Source: an uncultured Candidatus Competibacteraceae bacterium
GTDB taxonomy: Bacteria; Bacteroidota; Bacteroidia; CAIKAF01
Reading direction: 5' to 3'
Length of the DNA: 64,000 nucleotides
Assembly (NCBI GenBank): GCA_964545365.1
Contig: CAZJFM010000007.1
Coordinates: 573-64,572 of the forward strand
The position numbers were made by a program, and so were the translations under genes. Positions within the stretch are counted from its first letter, which is position 1. Every line of letters begins with the position of its first letter. A model generated the notes under the pieces. The model had not been told where the DNA came from. It did not search any database and was given only the letters and a program-made list of their open reading frames with translations. This document shows, in pieces, positions 1 through 10,900 of the stretch.

Positions 1-528
1 TTTACTACTTGTGTAATGAGAGAATCTTTGATTTGTTTGGCCATATTTTTTTGTCCCTCCATGGTGGCCATCATGGGGTTATCGAAATTAAAAGTAAAGT
101 CTTGATTATTGAAGGAAATAGAGGTTTCAATGGGTAGTTCGTCCACCGGATCTTCCTCTTCCGTTACTTCTTCGGGAAGTTTAAAAAGGAATAAATCAAG
201 GTATAAGGGCATAAGGCCGGCTTCAAGAGCCTCATCGCTTACGGTAGTATTGATTTTAACCAATTTAGATTGGTAGCCTTCTGCTGCTATAAAAATCTCA
301 AAAGACTGCCTTAAGTCCAATTCAATAAGAAAGGTGCCATCAGGCTTAAGTTTTATGCCTTGTTTCCGTCGTCCCTCTTCGCCTATAGAAATGAATAATT
401 GAATGGGGCCATCTTCAGCTTCTACGCGTCCTTCGACCTCTACAAAGTTTTGAGCCTTTGCAGTAGTCAAAAAGCCCGTAAACACCGTAATGCATAAGAG
501 AAATATAAATCTTTTATTCAGATTCATG
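1..528 (-). CDS. Hypothetical secreted protein (N-terminal 176 aa with signal peptide; C-terminus beyond window edge)
   Basis: ATG at 526-528 on minus strand. The frame stays open to position 1 (manually translated MNLNKRFIFLLCITVFTGFLTTAKAQ...). Not in the ORF track because there is no stop in the window. Confidence 0.4.
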
Positions 529-596
529 AGCGCAAAGTTAAACTTATCTGTTGATTATTTATACGCTTTGTTTCTGCATGTTGCAGGGCTTAAAGG

Positions 597-1649
597 TTAG
601 GTAAACTCCTTGTGAAATTTCCAAAGAGAGGCGTAGTGTTGCTCAAGTGTCCAACCCTCGTCTTGGATTCTGGAATCAGCTATAGAAAAATTCTTAGGAT
701 CCAATTTTTGTATAGCTTGTTTCCAGGAGTTTGGTTGGTTTAAAGGAAGGGTTAGTCCATCGCTAGGTTTTAAATAAGCAGATGCACCAGTATTGCTGCT
801 TACAATAACTGGTGTTTGAGTTCCTAATGCTTCGGCAACAACTTGTCCAAAGGCGTCGTAGGTTGAGGGGTGGATTAAAAAGTCTGCGGCTTTGATCCAA
901 GGGGCGGGCTCGCTTAAGTAACCAAGCCCTGTAATGTTTGGCGCTTTTGGGTATACCGGAGGGTGACCTGCAACCAGCAAATGCTGTTTGGTTTTGTGCG
1001 ATTGGCCGAACCATTCGAGCAAATAGGGTAGACCTTTGTTGGCATGTCCGGTACTAATAAAAATAAAGTACAGCAATTCGGGGTCAAGGCCGAGCTTGCT
1101 TCTCCAGTAGCTTTTGGCATGCGTGTTGGTCTTTTGCAACTCTTTGGTAGAAATAGGCGGAGCAAGAACCCTAATTTTAGCAGAGGGGACTTGATAGTGT
1201 AGCTCCAATTCTTGTTTTATTTGAGGACTTGCCGCGAGAATACCTTTGGTATGCTTAAATGCAAATTTATCGGCTTTGATTTGCATGAAATCGCTTATGG
1301 AAGATGGTTTTTTTCCATGCGCTGCCAAGTACCCCAAATGATTGCCCGGGCAAAGAGTTAGGTCGGCACCTGGCGTGCGGCCAAGCGAGAGCGAAAAATC
1401 GCAGGGGTTTTGTTTGAGCCATCGCAAAACTTTTTGGCCAAAGAACCACTGCCGAAAGGGTTTGAGATGAAGTCCCGGCTTAAGTAGTACTAAATTAAGA
1501 TCTTTAGGAGGGGTATATCCCGGTTTCACATAGGCGGTTAGCAAAGTAACCTCATGCCCGTCCTTTTGAAACGCTGTTATGTAATTGTGGAGTCGTTTTT
1601 CCAGGCCACCAAATTTCAACAACCGGTAATGTATAAGTACCACCTTCAT
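597..1649 (-). CDS. Glycosyltransferase family 4 (GT1-fold). Likely start is the internal MKVVLIHY at 1649, not the ORF start at 1679.
   Basis: 360-aa ORF with a GT4-like N-terminus (MKVVLIHYRLLKFGGLEK) and a C-terminal EX7E-like region. The start at 1649 forms an ATGA overlap with the stop of the upstream gene. Confidence 0.65.
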   Translation of the reverse strand: MKVVLIHYRLLKFGGLEKRLHNYITAFQKDGHEVTLLTAYVKPGYTPPKDLNLVLLKPGLHLKPFRQWFFGQKVLRWLKQNPCDFSLSLGRTPGADLTLCPGNHLGYLAAHGKKPSSISDFMQIKADKFAFKHTKGILAASPQIKQELELHYQVPSAKIRVLAPPISTKELQKTNTHAKSYWRSKLGLDPELLYFIFISTGHANKGLPYLLEWFGQSHKTKQHLLVAGHPPVYPKAPNITGLGYLSEPAPWIKAADFLIHPSTYDAFGQVVAEALGTQTPVIVSSNTGASAYLKPSDGLTLPLNQPNSWKQAIQKLDPKNFSIADSRIQDEGWTLEQHYASLWKFHKEFT

Positions 1650-2098
1650 GTTCTGGGGGCTTCCGGTATTTCTTGGCAAAATTCAAAGTGGCCTTCAAAA
1701 GTTTTAGCGACGAATGTTTGCATACCATTACTTACAAGCAGGTAGGGAGCTTTTATTTGACTATTGTAATGGGCTGCCTGCAAAAACGTTTGATTTGAAA
1801 GAGGCACCGATGGAGCCTTAATTTCGATAAGCATGTAGGGGCAGCCTTTGGCGTCAAGCACCAAGGCGTCTAATCTTCTATTTCTCTTAAGTCCTTTTAC
1901 CATGGCTTCTACCATTATTCGGCCGCTAGGGTAATGAAACTCGCGTACCAGCCAGTGGAGTACCTGTTGCCTTACCCATTCTTCAGGGGTTCCTGCCACA
2001 TATTTTTGTCTCCAATGGTCCCAAATTTCAGCCTCATTGCTGGAGTTATTCCGAGATTTTATAGGATGTAAGGGAATATGGATTTTTGGCCATTCCAT
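1646..2098 (-). CDS. HsdR N-terminal-domain-like PD-(D/E)XK protein (standalone, 150 aa)
   Basis: LDALVLD...YMLIEIK resembles a PD-(D/E)XK core. The size and sequence are typical of the Bacteroidota 'type I restriction enzyme HsdR N-terminal domain protein' family. Confidence 0.45.
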   Translation of the reverse strand: MEWPKIHIPLHPIKSRNNSSNEAEIWDHWRQKYVAGTPEEWVRQQVLHWLVREFHYPSGRIMVEAMVKGLKRNRRLDALVLDAKGCPYMLIEIKAPSVPLSNQTFLQAAHYNSQIKAPYLLVSNGMQTFVAKTFEGHFEFCQEIPEAPRT

Positions 2099-2100
2099 GC

Positions 2101-3774
2101 TTAAAGGGAGAGTCTTAGCCCACCAATTATGGTAAAACCAAAGGTTGGATAGCCGTAGAACCGATTGTAGCGGAATGCGGCAACATTGTTCATGTCTAGG
2201 AAAAAACCTAGCTTTTCGGTAAGACGATAGGTAGCTCCCAAACGAACATCAAAGGTGGGGTTGAGGTCAATAAATCCTTCTGTTTTGGCTCCTGTAGAGT
2301 CTTGATTAAAGACTCGTGCTCTTTGTCCGCTAATAAATGCCAAATCGGCTTTAAAGAGCATTTTTTCACCCAGTTGGTAGCGTGCGGCCAATCGAATGTC
2401 TAAGGGAGGGAAATGCCAGGCTTCATTAAGGTTCGACAAGGAAACCAATCGGTAGCGCCCCTGGAGGTCTACTTCCATCTTTTCGCCATAATGAAAATTC
2501 AGTCCGGCGGAAATGGTTGTAAGGTTTGCTTGGTCGTAAATAGCCTCAAAGCCCGTTCTGGGGGCACCTAAGGTATCGTTAACAAAAAAGGGCATGCCGT
2601 TTATTCTGGCATAAGAGATTTCTGAGCGATAGGAGATTAGATCCGAAAAGGCGCCCTTTATTCCCGCATGAAGTCTGTACGGCGTATTCTGATTGGTTAG
2701 GCTGACATTGGATTGAATAAATGGGTTTTGAGTATACAATTCCCGAAAGGTAAAACGTTCAAAATCCCCGGCAACCCCACCAAACAATTGCACGTATTGT
2801 TTAAAAATTTTCCAATTGGCATGAATGCGGGGGTAGATTTTGAAAAAGCTGCTGTCGCTATTTCCAAAAACCAAGGCAGCGCCCAGTTCCACATCCCAAT
2901 TTTTTCGCCCAAGTCTCATGTAGGGGTTAACATCTGTAATCCATCCTAAGCCCATATTTAGAGAGTCTGAGCTAAAGTCTAAGACATCCAGGGATGCATT
3001 TACTCCCAAAAATTCACCGGCGAAAAGGTCCGTAAACTTATTTAGGTTTGTTTTTAAGCGAAAGGTGTTTTCCCGGGTTCTGTAAAGGTTAGATACGTGG
3101 TAAAAATCTAGAGAAGTAGAATAGTTCAGTCGAATGGAGTCGGTTCTATGCGTGCTATTGAGGTAAAATCTACCATGCCCTAGAGAGTAGCGCTGACGGG
3201 TGGAGTCGGAGGGGAATAAGCTGTCCAAGGTTTGAGGATAACCGTAATAGTGAACGGCCAGCCGGTCATAGCCCCCTTCAATTCCCAAAGTAAGTCGTTT
3301 AAAGATGTGCCGGTAGCCTGCTTCTGCTGTATTGCTGCTGGTTCCGGGAAACCCTCTGCCGGAAATGCTTCCCGTAGACGAGAGGTGGTTGAACCTAACA
3401 AAATAGCCATTATTTCTGGCCCTCAAGGAGTTTAAATGAAAATCAATCAATGGGCTGGTATAGTTTCCAAATCCTAGTTTAAGCATGGCACGTTGCAGCC
3501 GTGAAATAGGTTCTTTGCGCATGCGTGCTGCGGCCAATGTGTCAGGTGTATAATAGGTAGGGATTGACTTTACGTTGAGGGCATAATTGGTATCTGCTTG
3601 CAGGCGAATGGTATCCAATATTTGTGGGCTTGTTGTGATTTTCTCCACTTCAGCAAGCTTGGGCTCAAATCCGGTATAAACCACTCGGTTGTTCTCAAGT
3701 TGTTGAGAATGAAGGATTCCAGAAGGGGCCAAAGCCACATACACTACCCACATTAACCTTAAAAACTTATTCAT
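2101..3774 (-). CDS. Outer-membrane beta-barrel protein (hypothetical porin-like)
   Basis: Signal peptide MNKFLRLMWVVYVALAPSGILHS. Alternating aromatic/hydrophobic beta-strand pattern, and a Y/F/N/G-rich composition. Likely start is the internal Met at 3774. Confidence 0.45.
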   Translation of the reverse strand: MNKFLRLMWVVYVALAPSGILHSQQLENNRVVYTGFEPKLAEVEKITTSPQILDTIRLQADTNYALNVKSIPTYYTPDTLAAARMRKEPISRLQRAMLKLGFGNYTSPLIDFHLNSLRARNNGYFVRFNHLSSTGSISGRGFPGTSSNTAEAGYRHIFKRLTLGIEGGYDRLAVHYYGYPQTLDSLFPSDSTRQRYSLGHGRFYLNSTHRTDSIRLNYSTSLDFYHVSNLYRTRENTFRLKTNLNKFTDLFAGEFLGVNASLDVLDFSSDSLNMGLGWITDVNPYMRLGRKNWDVELGAALVFGNSDSSFFKIYPRIHANWKIFKQYVQLFGGVAGDFERFTFRELYTQNPFIQSNVSLTNQNTPYRLHAGIKGAFSDLISYRSEISYARINGMPFFVNDTLGAPRTGFEAIYDQANLTTISAGLNFHYGEKMEVDLQGRYRLVSLSNLNEAWHFPPLDIRLAARYQLGEKMLFKADLAFISGQRARVFNQDSTGAKTEGFIDLNPTFDVRLGATYRLTEKLGFFLDMNNVAAFRYNRFYGYPTFGFTIIGGLRLSL

Positions 3775-6700
3775 TGGGTGCAATTTCAAATTCCTCTGGT
3801 TCGTTTATTTCAGGACGGTTTCGTTCCTGCTCCAAGTCCAAGATTGCCTGATATTTTTCTTGGGCAGCTTGTACCAATTCAACTCCTTCATGATTATCAA
3901 TGACCGATTTAAGAACGGACTTTGCTTGGATTAAATCGTCGAGCTTTAGGTAAATGTCACTAAGCAAAATAAAGGATTTGGCCATCCAGTCTTTTTCGGC
4001 TCCCATATGCTTAATCGCCTTGCGTAATTCTCTCTCGGCCTGGCGGTACTCTTCTTTTTTATATAGCACGTCGCCCATAATAAAGGCTACTTCGGCAAAA
4101 TACCCGGAGTTTTTGTTTTTTTCTGCCTTCCTTGCCGAAGCTAGAGCCATTTCCCATTGTTCTAAGCGATAGTTTGACCGCGTTAAAACAAAAAGACTAC
4201 GTTCCAATTCAGAGGGAGCAAGAGATTCAAAGCTTTGTACCAAATTTGCATAGTGCATGGCTTCTGACCATTGGTTTAATGCAAAATGGTATTCCATGAG
4301 GGCTATTCTTGAAGTTTTTAAGTGCTCAGAACTTCCGGTAACTTCAATTAAACGTTCGTACGTGCGCATGGCCTTGAGGGTATCGTTCATGGCGCTGTAT
4401 AAGTAACCAGCCTTAACCAAAGCATTTTCGGTGAAACTACCATTTGGGGCTTCCAACACACGCTCAAAAAGCACTAGAGCAGCGGAATCGTTTTTATCTT
4501 CAAAAAGACATTCTGCGGCATAATGGGCAGCTTTTAAGGCAAAAATACCTTGAGGGAAAGCCTTAAGATAGGCTTGCCCTGCGGAAGATATTTTTTGGCA
4601 ATCTCCGGAAATTACGGCGTTTTGCAAGCCATCGAATGCGCTGGAGTCGAGGCTTGCCTCGCTATATCTGTTGCCTCCTTTTTCCTTAACAAACTGAAGC
4701 CAAGCTTCAACCTGTCCATTTTCGGTGTAAATACTTTTTGCGTAACCCATAGCCAAATTGGCTTCTTCGGTTCCCGGATATTCATCCACCACCCTTCGAA
4801 ACCAACCAAGCGCTTCTTGACTTTGGCCGTTGTTTCTGTGGACTAATCCAGATTGCAGCAGGGACTTTCCAAAATAAAAACCTTTAGGGAAGCGCAACCT
4901 TAATTGATCAAAGGTAGTTAAGGCCTGATTGGGCTTGTCTTGGCGAACGGCAGCAAGCCCTTTTTCGTATAGGGCTTCTTCGTTTAGGGGAGAAGTAGGG
5001 AAATTTTCGGCTAAACGTCCCATGGTTTGTTCTTTTCCGGCTTGGTCACCGGTAAGTCCTTGCAGCATACCCAACTGGAAAAAGGCATAATCTGTACCGA
5101 AGTCCGGGTGGTTGGCGGAGGCCCTGTAGGCCTCTAGTGCTTGTTCAAAGCGCTTTAACACAAAGAAGCAGTCAGCGGAGCGAAGCAGTGCATCGTTGGC
5201 TTTGGCGTCTTTGGGGCTGTTGTTTTGGGTTAAATAGGTTCTAAATTCGGTAAGAGCACCTGCATAATCTTTAAGTTTTAGTCGAGCATAGCCCAAGTGA
5301 TAATATACATGTGCATATTCTTCTAGTGAAGAAGCCGATGGAGAAGAAAGAAAAGACTCCCATTGACCAATAGCATCGGGATAACTCTTGAGTTGATAAA
5401 AGGTTTCGCCCAAGCAATACCTTGCAGAGGCGGTAATTTCAGGGGTTTTATTCATTCGAATGGCCCGTTGAAACAAAGGGATGGCATCTTCTAATTCAAG
5501 GTTGTTGAACAGCTCTACTGCCCTAAAATAAAGCACGCGTTGAAAGGCTCTGCTTAATTCAGGGGAAAGCCTGTCCATTTTTTCTAAAGCATCGATGGCA
5601 AGTTTGTAGTTTTTGGCGGAAACATGAATTTCCACCATTAACTTTCTAGCTTCTTCTTTATATAGAGCGTTTGGATAAAGCTCCAAATACCGCTCTAAAG
5701 CTCCTACAGCTTCATTGTATGGATTATAGCCCAGTTCGAAACTTAATTTGGCGAAATTAAATAAGGCCTCTTGAGAAAGTTGGTCATCAAAATCTAAAGC
5801 ATGAACCATGCGCAGTGCATCTAGGGCAAGCTTTTTCTGGTTCATTTCCATTAAAGCGGATGCTAGGAAATAATATGCTGTTTGACTAAGGCTGTCGTCC
5901 TTATCTGTGGCTTTTGCTAAGGATTCTGCAGCCTCTTTCCATTGTTCGGTATAGAAATACGATAGGCCTAAATTATACCTTCCTTCCCGGTCTAGTTGGC
6001 CACCATCTTTTTGAAACAACTGATAAACTTCCAGGGCCTTATCATAGTTTTTTAGCCTAAACCAAGATTCTGCCAAGATACGGCGCACCGGGTCTCTGTG
6101 GCGCCCCTTTAAGGTATCTGCGAGTGGGCTACCATAGGTGGCGACTTGCTCATAGCGACCTTGTCGGTAGTATATTTGAACAATATACAGAGGCACCAAG
6201 CGAGCAAATGCTTTAGCGTGTTCAACTCGTTTAAAATATTGAAGGGCTTTTTCAAAGTCCTCATTTTCATAGTAGATATGCCCGGTGTAATACAAGGCCG
6301 GGATTTGCCACTTGGATTCCCTTTCGTTCATTTGGTCAAAAGCAAGCAAGGCATCTTTGGAATTTCCTTGCATGTAGCGGCTATATCCCGATTTGAAATA
6401 ATATTCAGAAAAATCCTCCTTATTTAATAGGTAAGGGTCTGCTTTACTTAAGGCCATTTCTGCCTCCTGAAACTCTTTTTCTCTAAAATGGATGCGTCCG
6501 GTTTGGAGCCAACTCATTGCTATTTTTGGACTTTCCGGATAACGATTACGAAATTGATCCAATAGATAAAGTGCGTTGTTCTGAAAAAGCTCGGTGGCAC
6601 AAGCCGCTTCGTAGTAAAATGCATCCGATAAATTATGATGCGCCGAGGAGGTGGCTATTTCCTGATAACGCTTAAATAAAGCCTGAGCAGCACCGTAGAG

Positions 6701-6826
6701 CGATTGCTGGTATTGTTGATACCCTTCTCTGTACAGTTTTTCAGGATCGAGTTCGTTTGGCGTCCTCTGAGCCATGAGACCAGCCGACAATAAAATACAT
6801 CCAAAAATTGCCGCTAATTGCTTCAT
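3767..6826 (-). CDS. Tetratricopeptide-repeat protein, 1019 aa, secreted
   Basis: N-terminal signal peptide followed by many TPR-like units (…YY.G…Y..A……F…). First gene of a tightly packed four-gene minus-strand operon. Confidence 0.7.
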   Translation of the reverse strand: MKQLAAIFGCILLSAGLMAQRTPNELDPEKLYREGYQQYQQSLYGAAQALFKRYQEIATSSAHHNLSDAFYYEAACATELFQNNALYLLDQFRNRYPESPKIAMSWLQTGRIHFREKEFQEAEMALSKADPYLLNKEDFSEYYFKSGYSRYMQGNSKDALLAFDQMNERESKWQIPALYYTGHIYYENEDFEKALQYFKRVEHAKAFARLVPLYIVQIYYRQGRYEQVATYGSPLADTLKGRHRDPVRRILAESWFRLKNYDKALEVYQLFQKDGGQLDREGRYNLGLSYFYTEQWKEAAESLAKATDKDDSLSQTAYYFLASALMEMNQKKLALDALRMVHALDFDDQLSQEALFNFAKLSFELGYNPYNEAVGALERYLELYPNALYKEEARKLMVEIHVSAKNYKLAIDALEKMDRLSPELSRAFQRVLYFRAVELFNNLELEDAIPLFQRAIRMNKTPEITASARYCLGETFYQLKSYPDAIGQWESFLSSPSASSLEEYAHVYYHLGYARLKLKDYAGALTEFRTYLTQNNSPKDAKANDALLRSADCFFVLKRFEQALEAYRASANHPDFGTDYAFFQLGMLQGLTGDQAGKEQTMGRLAENFPTSPLNEEALYEKGLAAVRQDKPNQALTTFDQLRLRFPKGFYFGKSLLQSGLVHRNNGQSQEALGWFRRVVDEYPGTEEANLAMGYAKSIYTENGQVEAWLQFVKEKGGNRYSEASLDSSAFDGLQNAVISGDCQKISSAGQAYLKAFPQGIFALKAAHYAAECLFEDKNDSAALVLFERVLEAPNGSFTENALVKAGYLYSAMNDTLKAMRTYERLIEVTGSSEHLKTSRIALMEYHFALNQWSEAMHYANLVQSFESLAPSELERSLFVLTRSNYRLEQWEMALASARKAEKNKNSGYFAEVAFIMGDVLYKKEEYRQAERELRKAIKHMGAEKDWMAKSFILLSDIYLKLDDLIQAKSVLKSVIDNHEGVELVQAAQEKYQAILDLEQERNRPEINEPEEFEIAPNE

Positions 6827-6974
6827 TTTATTGTTTTACAGAGATACACAAACACAAAGGTAGCCACAGCTATATGCCATTCTCTTATATACCTTTCCTT
6901 TTTTCAACGTGCTTCTTTTGATAATTATTTTGAATTGGGCCAAGAGGGACAGTATTATTGAACAATTTTGGATC

Positions 6975-7652
6975 ATGAACGAGCCCTCCGAAGCCTTAAT
7001 TGAAATTTCTAAAGTAAGCGTGCATCAAGGAAAGCTGATGGTGCTGCGCGATGTTACGTTTTCTATGAACGAGGGTGAATTCGTTTATCTTATTGGGAAA
7101 ACTGGAAGTGGTAAGTCCTCGCTCATGAAGGCTATGTATGGAGAGGTTCCAATTGCCGATGGTCAGGCTAAGGTGGCCGGCTTCGACTTGTCCAAGCTAA
7201 AACGCTCCAAGCTACCATTGTTGCGCCGACAATTAGGCATTGTTTTTCAAGATTTTCAATTGTTGCCAGACCGCACCATATTTGATAATATGACCTTTGT
7301 GCTTAAAGCCACCGGATGGAAGGACAAGCGTAAAATGGAGTACCGAATACAGGAAGTGCTGGATGCCGTGGGACAAAAGACCAAGGGGTTTAAGTTTCCT
7401 CATGAGCTTTCCGGTGGGGAGCAGCAGCGTATGGTTGTAGCCAGGGCGCTACTCAACCATCCCAAACTAATATTGGCCGACGAGCCTACGGGAAATCTGG
7501 ATCCCGAAACCTCCAAGGATATTATGGAGCTTTTGAGGCAAATTCGGGCATCAGGTACCGGCGTATTGATGGCCACGCACGACCATTCCTTTTTAAAGGA
7601 TTATCCGGAGCGGACCTTGATTTGTGCCAATGGGTACATTTCGGAGGTTTAA
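6975..7652 (+). CDS. ftsE: Cell-division ABC ATPase FtsE
   Basis: Walker A GKTGSGKSS, signature LSGGEQQR, Walker B LILADEPTGNLD. FtsE-type GIVFQDFQLLPDRT motif. Confidence 0.75.
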   Translation: MNEPSEALIEISKVSVHQGKLMVLRDVTFSMNEGEFVYLIGKTGSGKSSLMKAMYGEVPIADGQAKVAGFDLSKLKRSKLPLLRRQLGIVFQDFQLLPDRTIFDNMTFVLKATGWKDKRKMEYRIQEVLDAVGQKTKGFKFPHELSGGEQQRMVVARALLNHPKLILADEPTGNLDPETSKDIMELLRQIRASGTGVLMATHDHSFLKDYPERTLICANGYISEV

Positions 7653-7900
7653 ACATACGGTAACCTTTGAGGCCTTGTGTTTACAAGAACTTTAGGTACC
7701 TGCCGCAGCGTCGATGCGCATTAGGTCAGGGCCAAGTTTAAAGGCCTACCGGCCATTAGGTCAGGGAAGAATCGCCGCAGGAACAGCAAGGACTCAAGGG
7801 CTCAAATGCTTTACAGACCTAAGGTTAGGCTAATTAAAAATGCTGTTTTAGGCCTTTGATTCTATCTCAGGGCTTTGTACCTTCCCACCAAATTTTTTTT

Positions 7901-10900
7901 ATGAATAAGTTCTTTTTGCTTCTGTTCAGCGTGGCTTTTTCTGTTGTAATCCAAGGGCAACAGGCTTTTTATGGAGTAGATGCCGAACGGAAGTACCCCG
8001 GAATGGAAGTAGTGCGCGAAAAACCAGGCTTGGCTTTTCCCGAGTTTTTAAAACCAGGCCCATCTATACGTTTGGACGGAGACAGGCTTAATCATTTTTT
8101 AAAAAGCTTAATTCAAAAAAAAGGACTCAGTACAGATCTACGCTTGGTTTCTAAGGATAAAGACGCGCAGGGTTTTATTCACTTAACTTTTCAGCACTAC
8201 ATAAATAATGTTCCTGTAGAAGCAGGAATGTACAAAGTGCATCTTAAAGACTATGTCTGGCACAGTGCACACGGAAATTTATTTGCTGTCGATCCAAATG
8301 CAAATGCTCAGGCTTCCATTGGTGCCGATGCCGCTGTTCAATCGGCCATACATGCTGTCCCTGCTCAGGTCTACAAGTGGGAAGTTCCAGAAGAAGAAGC
8401 CGATTTGAAGTTTTGGACCAACCATCTAGGCGCTTCTTATTATCCTTCGCCCTCCCTTTGTTGGGTTGCTCCTCAAGGCGATTTCCATGGACAAAAATTG
8501 CGTTTAGCCTGGAAAATGGACGTTTACGCCCATCAACCCTTAGCGAGATTCGATGTTTTTGTGGATGCCCAAAGTGGCGAGGTATTGTGGCTTAAAGATA
8601 AAATCCATACCGCCGATTCCCTTGGGTCGGTAGTTACTGCTTACAGCGGAACACATCCCATGACGGCCGATTTCTTTAATGGGCAGTTTAGATTGCGTGA
8701 AACCGGAAGAGGAAATGGCATACAAACCTTTGACTTGAATAACGGAACTTCCTATGGAAATGCCACAGACTTTCTGGATGCCGATAACATATGGAATAAT
8801 GTAAATGCCAGCCTTAACCAATACGCCGGTGATGCCCATTGGGGGGCAGAAATGACATACGACTATTTTTTCCAAATTCATAATAGAAACAGCATTGATG
8901 GAAATGGGTTTTTGCTTAGAAGTTATGTGCACTACAGCAACAACTACAACAATGCATTTTGGGATGGACAGCGCATGACCTATGGCGATGGAGATGGTTC
9001 AGTCTTTACTCCACTAACCGCATTGGACATTACCGGCCATGAAATAGCGCATGGACTTACCTCAAATACTGCGAACCTTATTTACCAGAACGAAAGTGGG
9101 GCGCTGAATGAATCTTTTTCGGATATTTTTGGAATGGCGGTTACTGCCTATGCCAGCAACACCTTGGAATGGACCATAGGGGAGGATGCTACACCCAATG
9201 GCAATGGCATTCGCTCTATGAGTAATCCAAATGCCTACAACGACCCGGACTGTTACGGAGGAAGCTTTTATTACACAGGAAGTCAAGACAATGGAGGAGT
9301 ACATACCAACAGCGGTGTTCAAAATTATTGGTTCTATTTGATGACTGTAGGGGGCACGGGAACCAATGATGTAGGTAATACGTATTCGGTCAATGCGCAA
9401 GGGGTAATTAAGGCCGCTGAAATTGCTTTTAGAAATTTGACCGTGTATTTAGGACCTAGTTCTAATCATCAGGATGCGCGCTTTTACGCCATCCAATCGG
9501 CTATTGATTTGTATGGTGCCTGCACTCCAGAGGTAATTGCAACTACCAACGCTTGGCATGCTGTTGGGGTAGGTGGACCCTTCTCTGCAACCGTTACAGC
9601 CAATTTTTCTACTCCTTTTCAGTCTTTTTGCCAAGCGCCGGCCATGGTTTCTTTTACCAACACCAGCGTTAATGCCGGGAATTTCATTTGGGATTTTGGA
9701 GATGGCTCCACCTCTACTCAAGTAAACCCGACCCATACTTATGCCCAGCCAGGTTCCTACAATGTTAAATTAATAGCCGATGGAGGAGCTTGCGGTATGG
9801 ATTCCATTATCCAAAGCAGCTACATTATTGTAGACCCCAATTTGCCCTGCAATATTACCATGAATCCCAACGGTACCAATCAAACGCAATTTTCTTGTAC
9901 TGGTACACTGTTTGATCCGGGCGGTCCATCAGGCAATTACCAAGACAACCTAAATTCGGTCATTACCATTGCGCCAACTGGAGCGGCAACCGTAAGCTTG
10001 CAGTTTAGCCAGTTTAATCTGGAAAACAATTACGACTACCTATATATTTTTGACGGTCCTACCATTAATAGTCCATTGATTGGCCAATATACAGGGAATA
10101 CATTGCCCAATGGCGGCACCATCACAAGTACGGCAGGAGCAATCACTCTCCGCATGTTTTCTGATGTGTACGTTAATGAGCTTGGCTTTGTGTTGGATTG
10201 GAGCTGTCAACTGCCCAGTACCCCACCGGTACCGGATTTTTTAGCTACAGCCTTGGCTTCATGTGACGGAAATATTCAGTTTCAGGATATGACCACCAAC
10301 GGAGCCGTATCTTGGTTTTGGGATTTTGGCGACGGGCAAAGCTCCACCCAACAAAACCCCCAACATCAATACCAACAAGACGGTACGTTTTCGGTGAAAC
10401 TGGTGGCTACCAATTTGGTAGGCAGTGACTCCATAGTGAAGCCTGCCTATATTACTATAGACCGGCCCGATGCCCCCCAAGGAAATGATGTATATTTATG
10501 TCAACCGGATACCGCCCATTTGAGTGCAGCTGCTTTGGGTACTGTTTATTGGTATACTCAACTAGGAGCTTCTAATCCAGTAGCAACCGGTCCCAACTTC
10601 TCCACTTATGTAAGCGTTTCGGATACTTTTTGGGTTGAAAACCAAGAGGCGCAAATGCCTTCTTTTGTAGGTCCTTTAGATAATTCCTTCGGAGGAGGTG
10701 GTTTTCATAACAACAGTTCAACTCAATACTTGGTTTTTGATGTGGACCAACCCACGACCTTAGTGAGTGCATGGGTGAATGCCAATAGTGCAGGAAATCG
10801 CAGCTTTATTCTGTGGGATGGAAGCGGCAATCAATTGGATTCGCGCTTTGTATTGGTTCCCGCCGGCACAAGCCGTGTGGCCTTGAATTTCCATCTGCAA

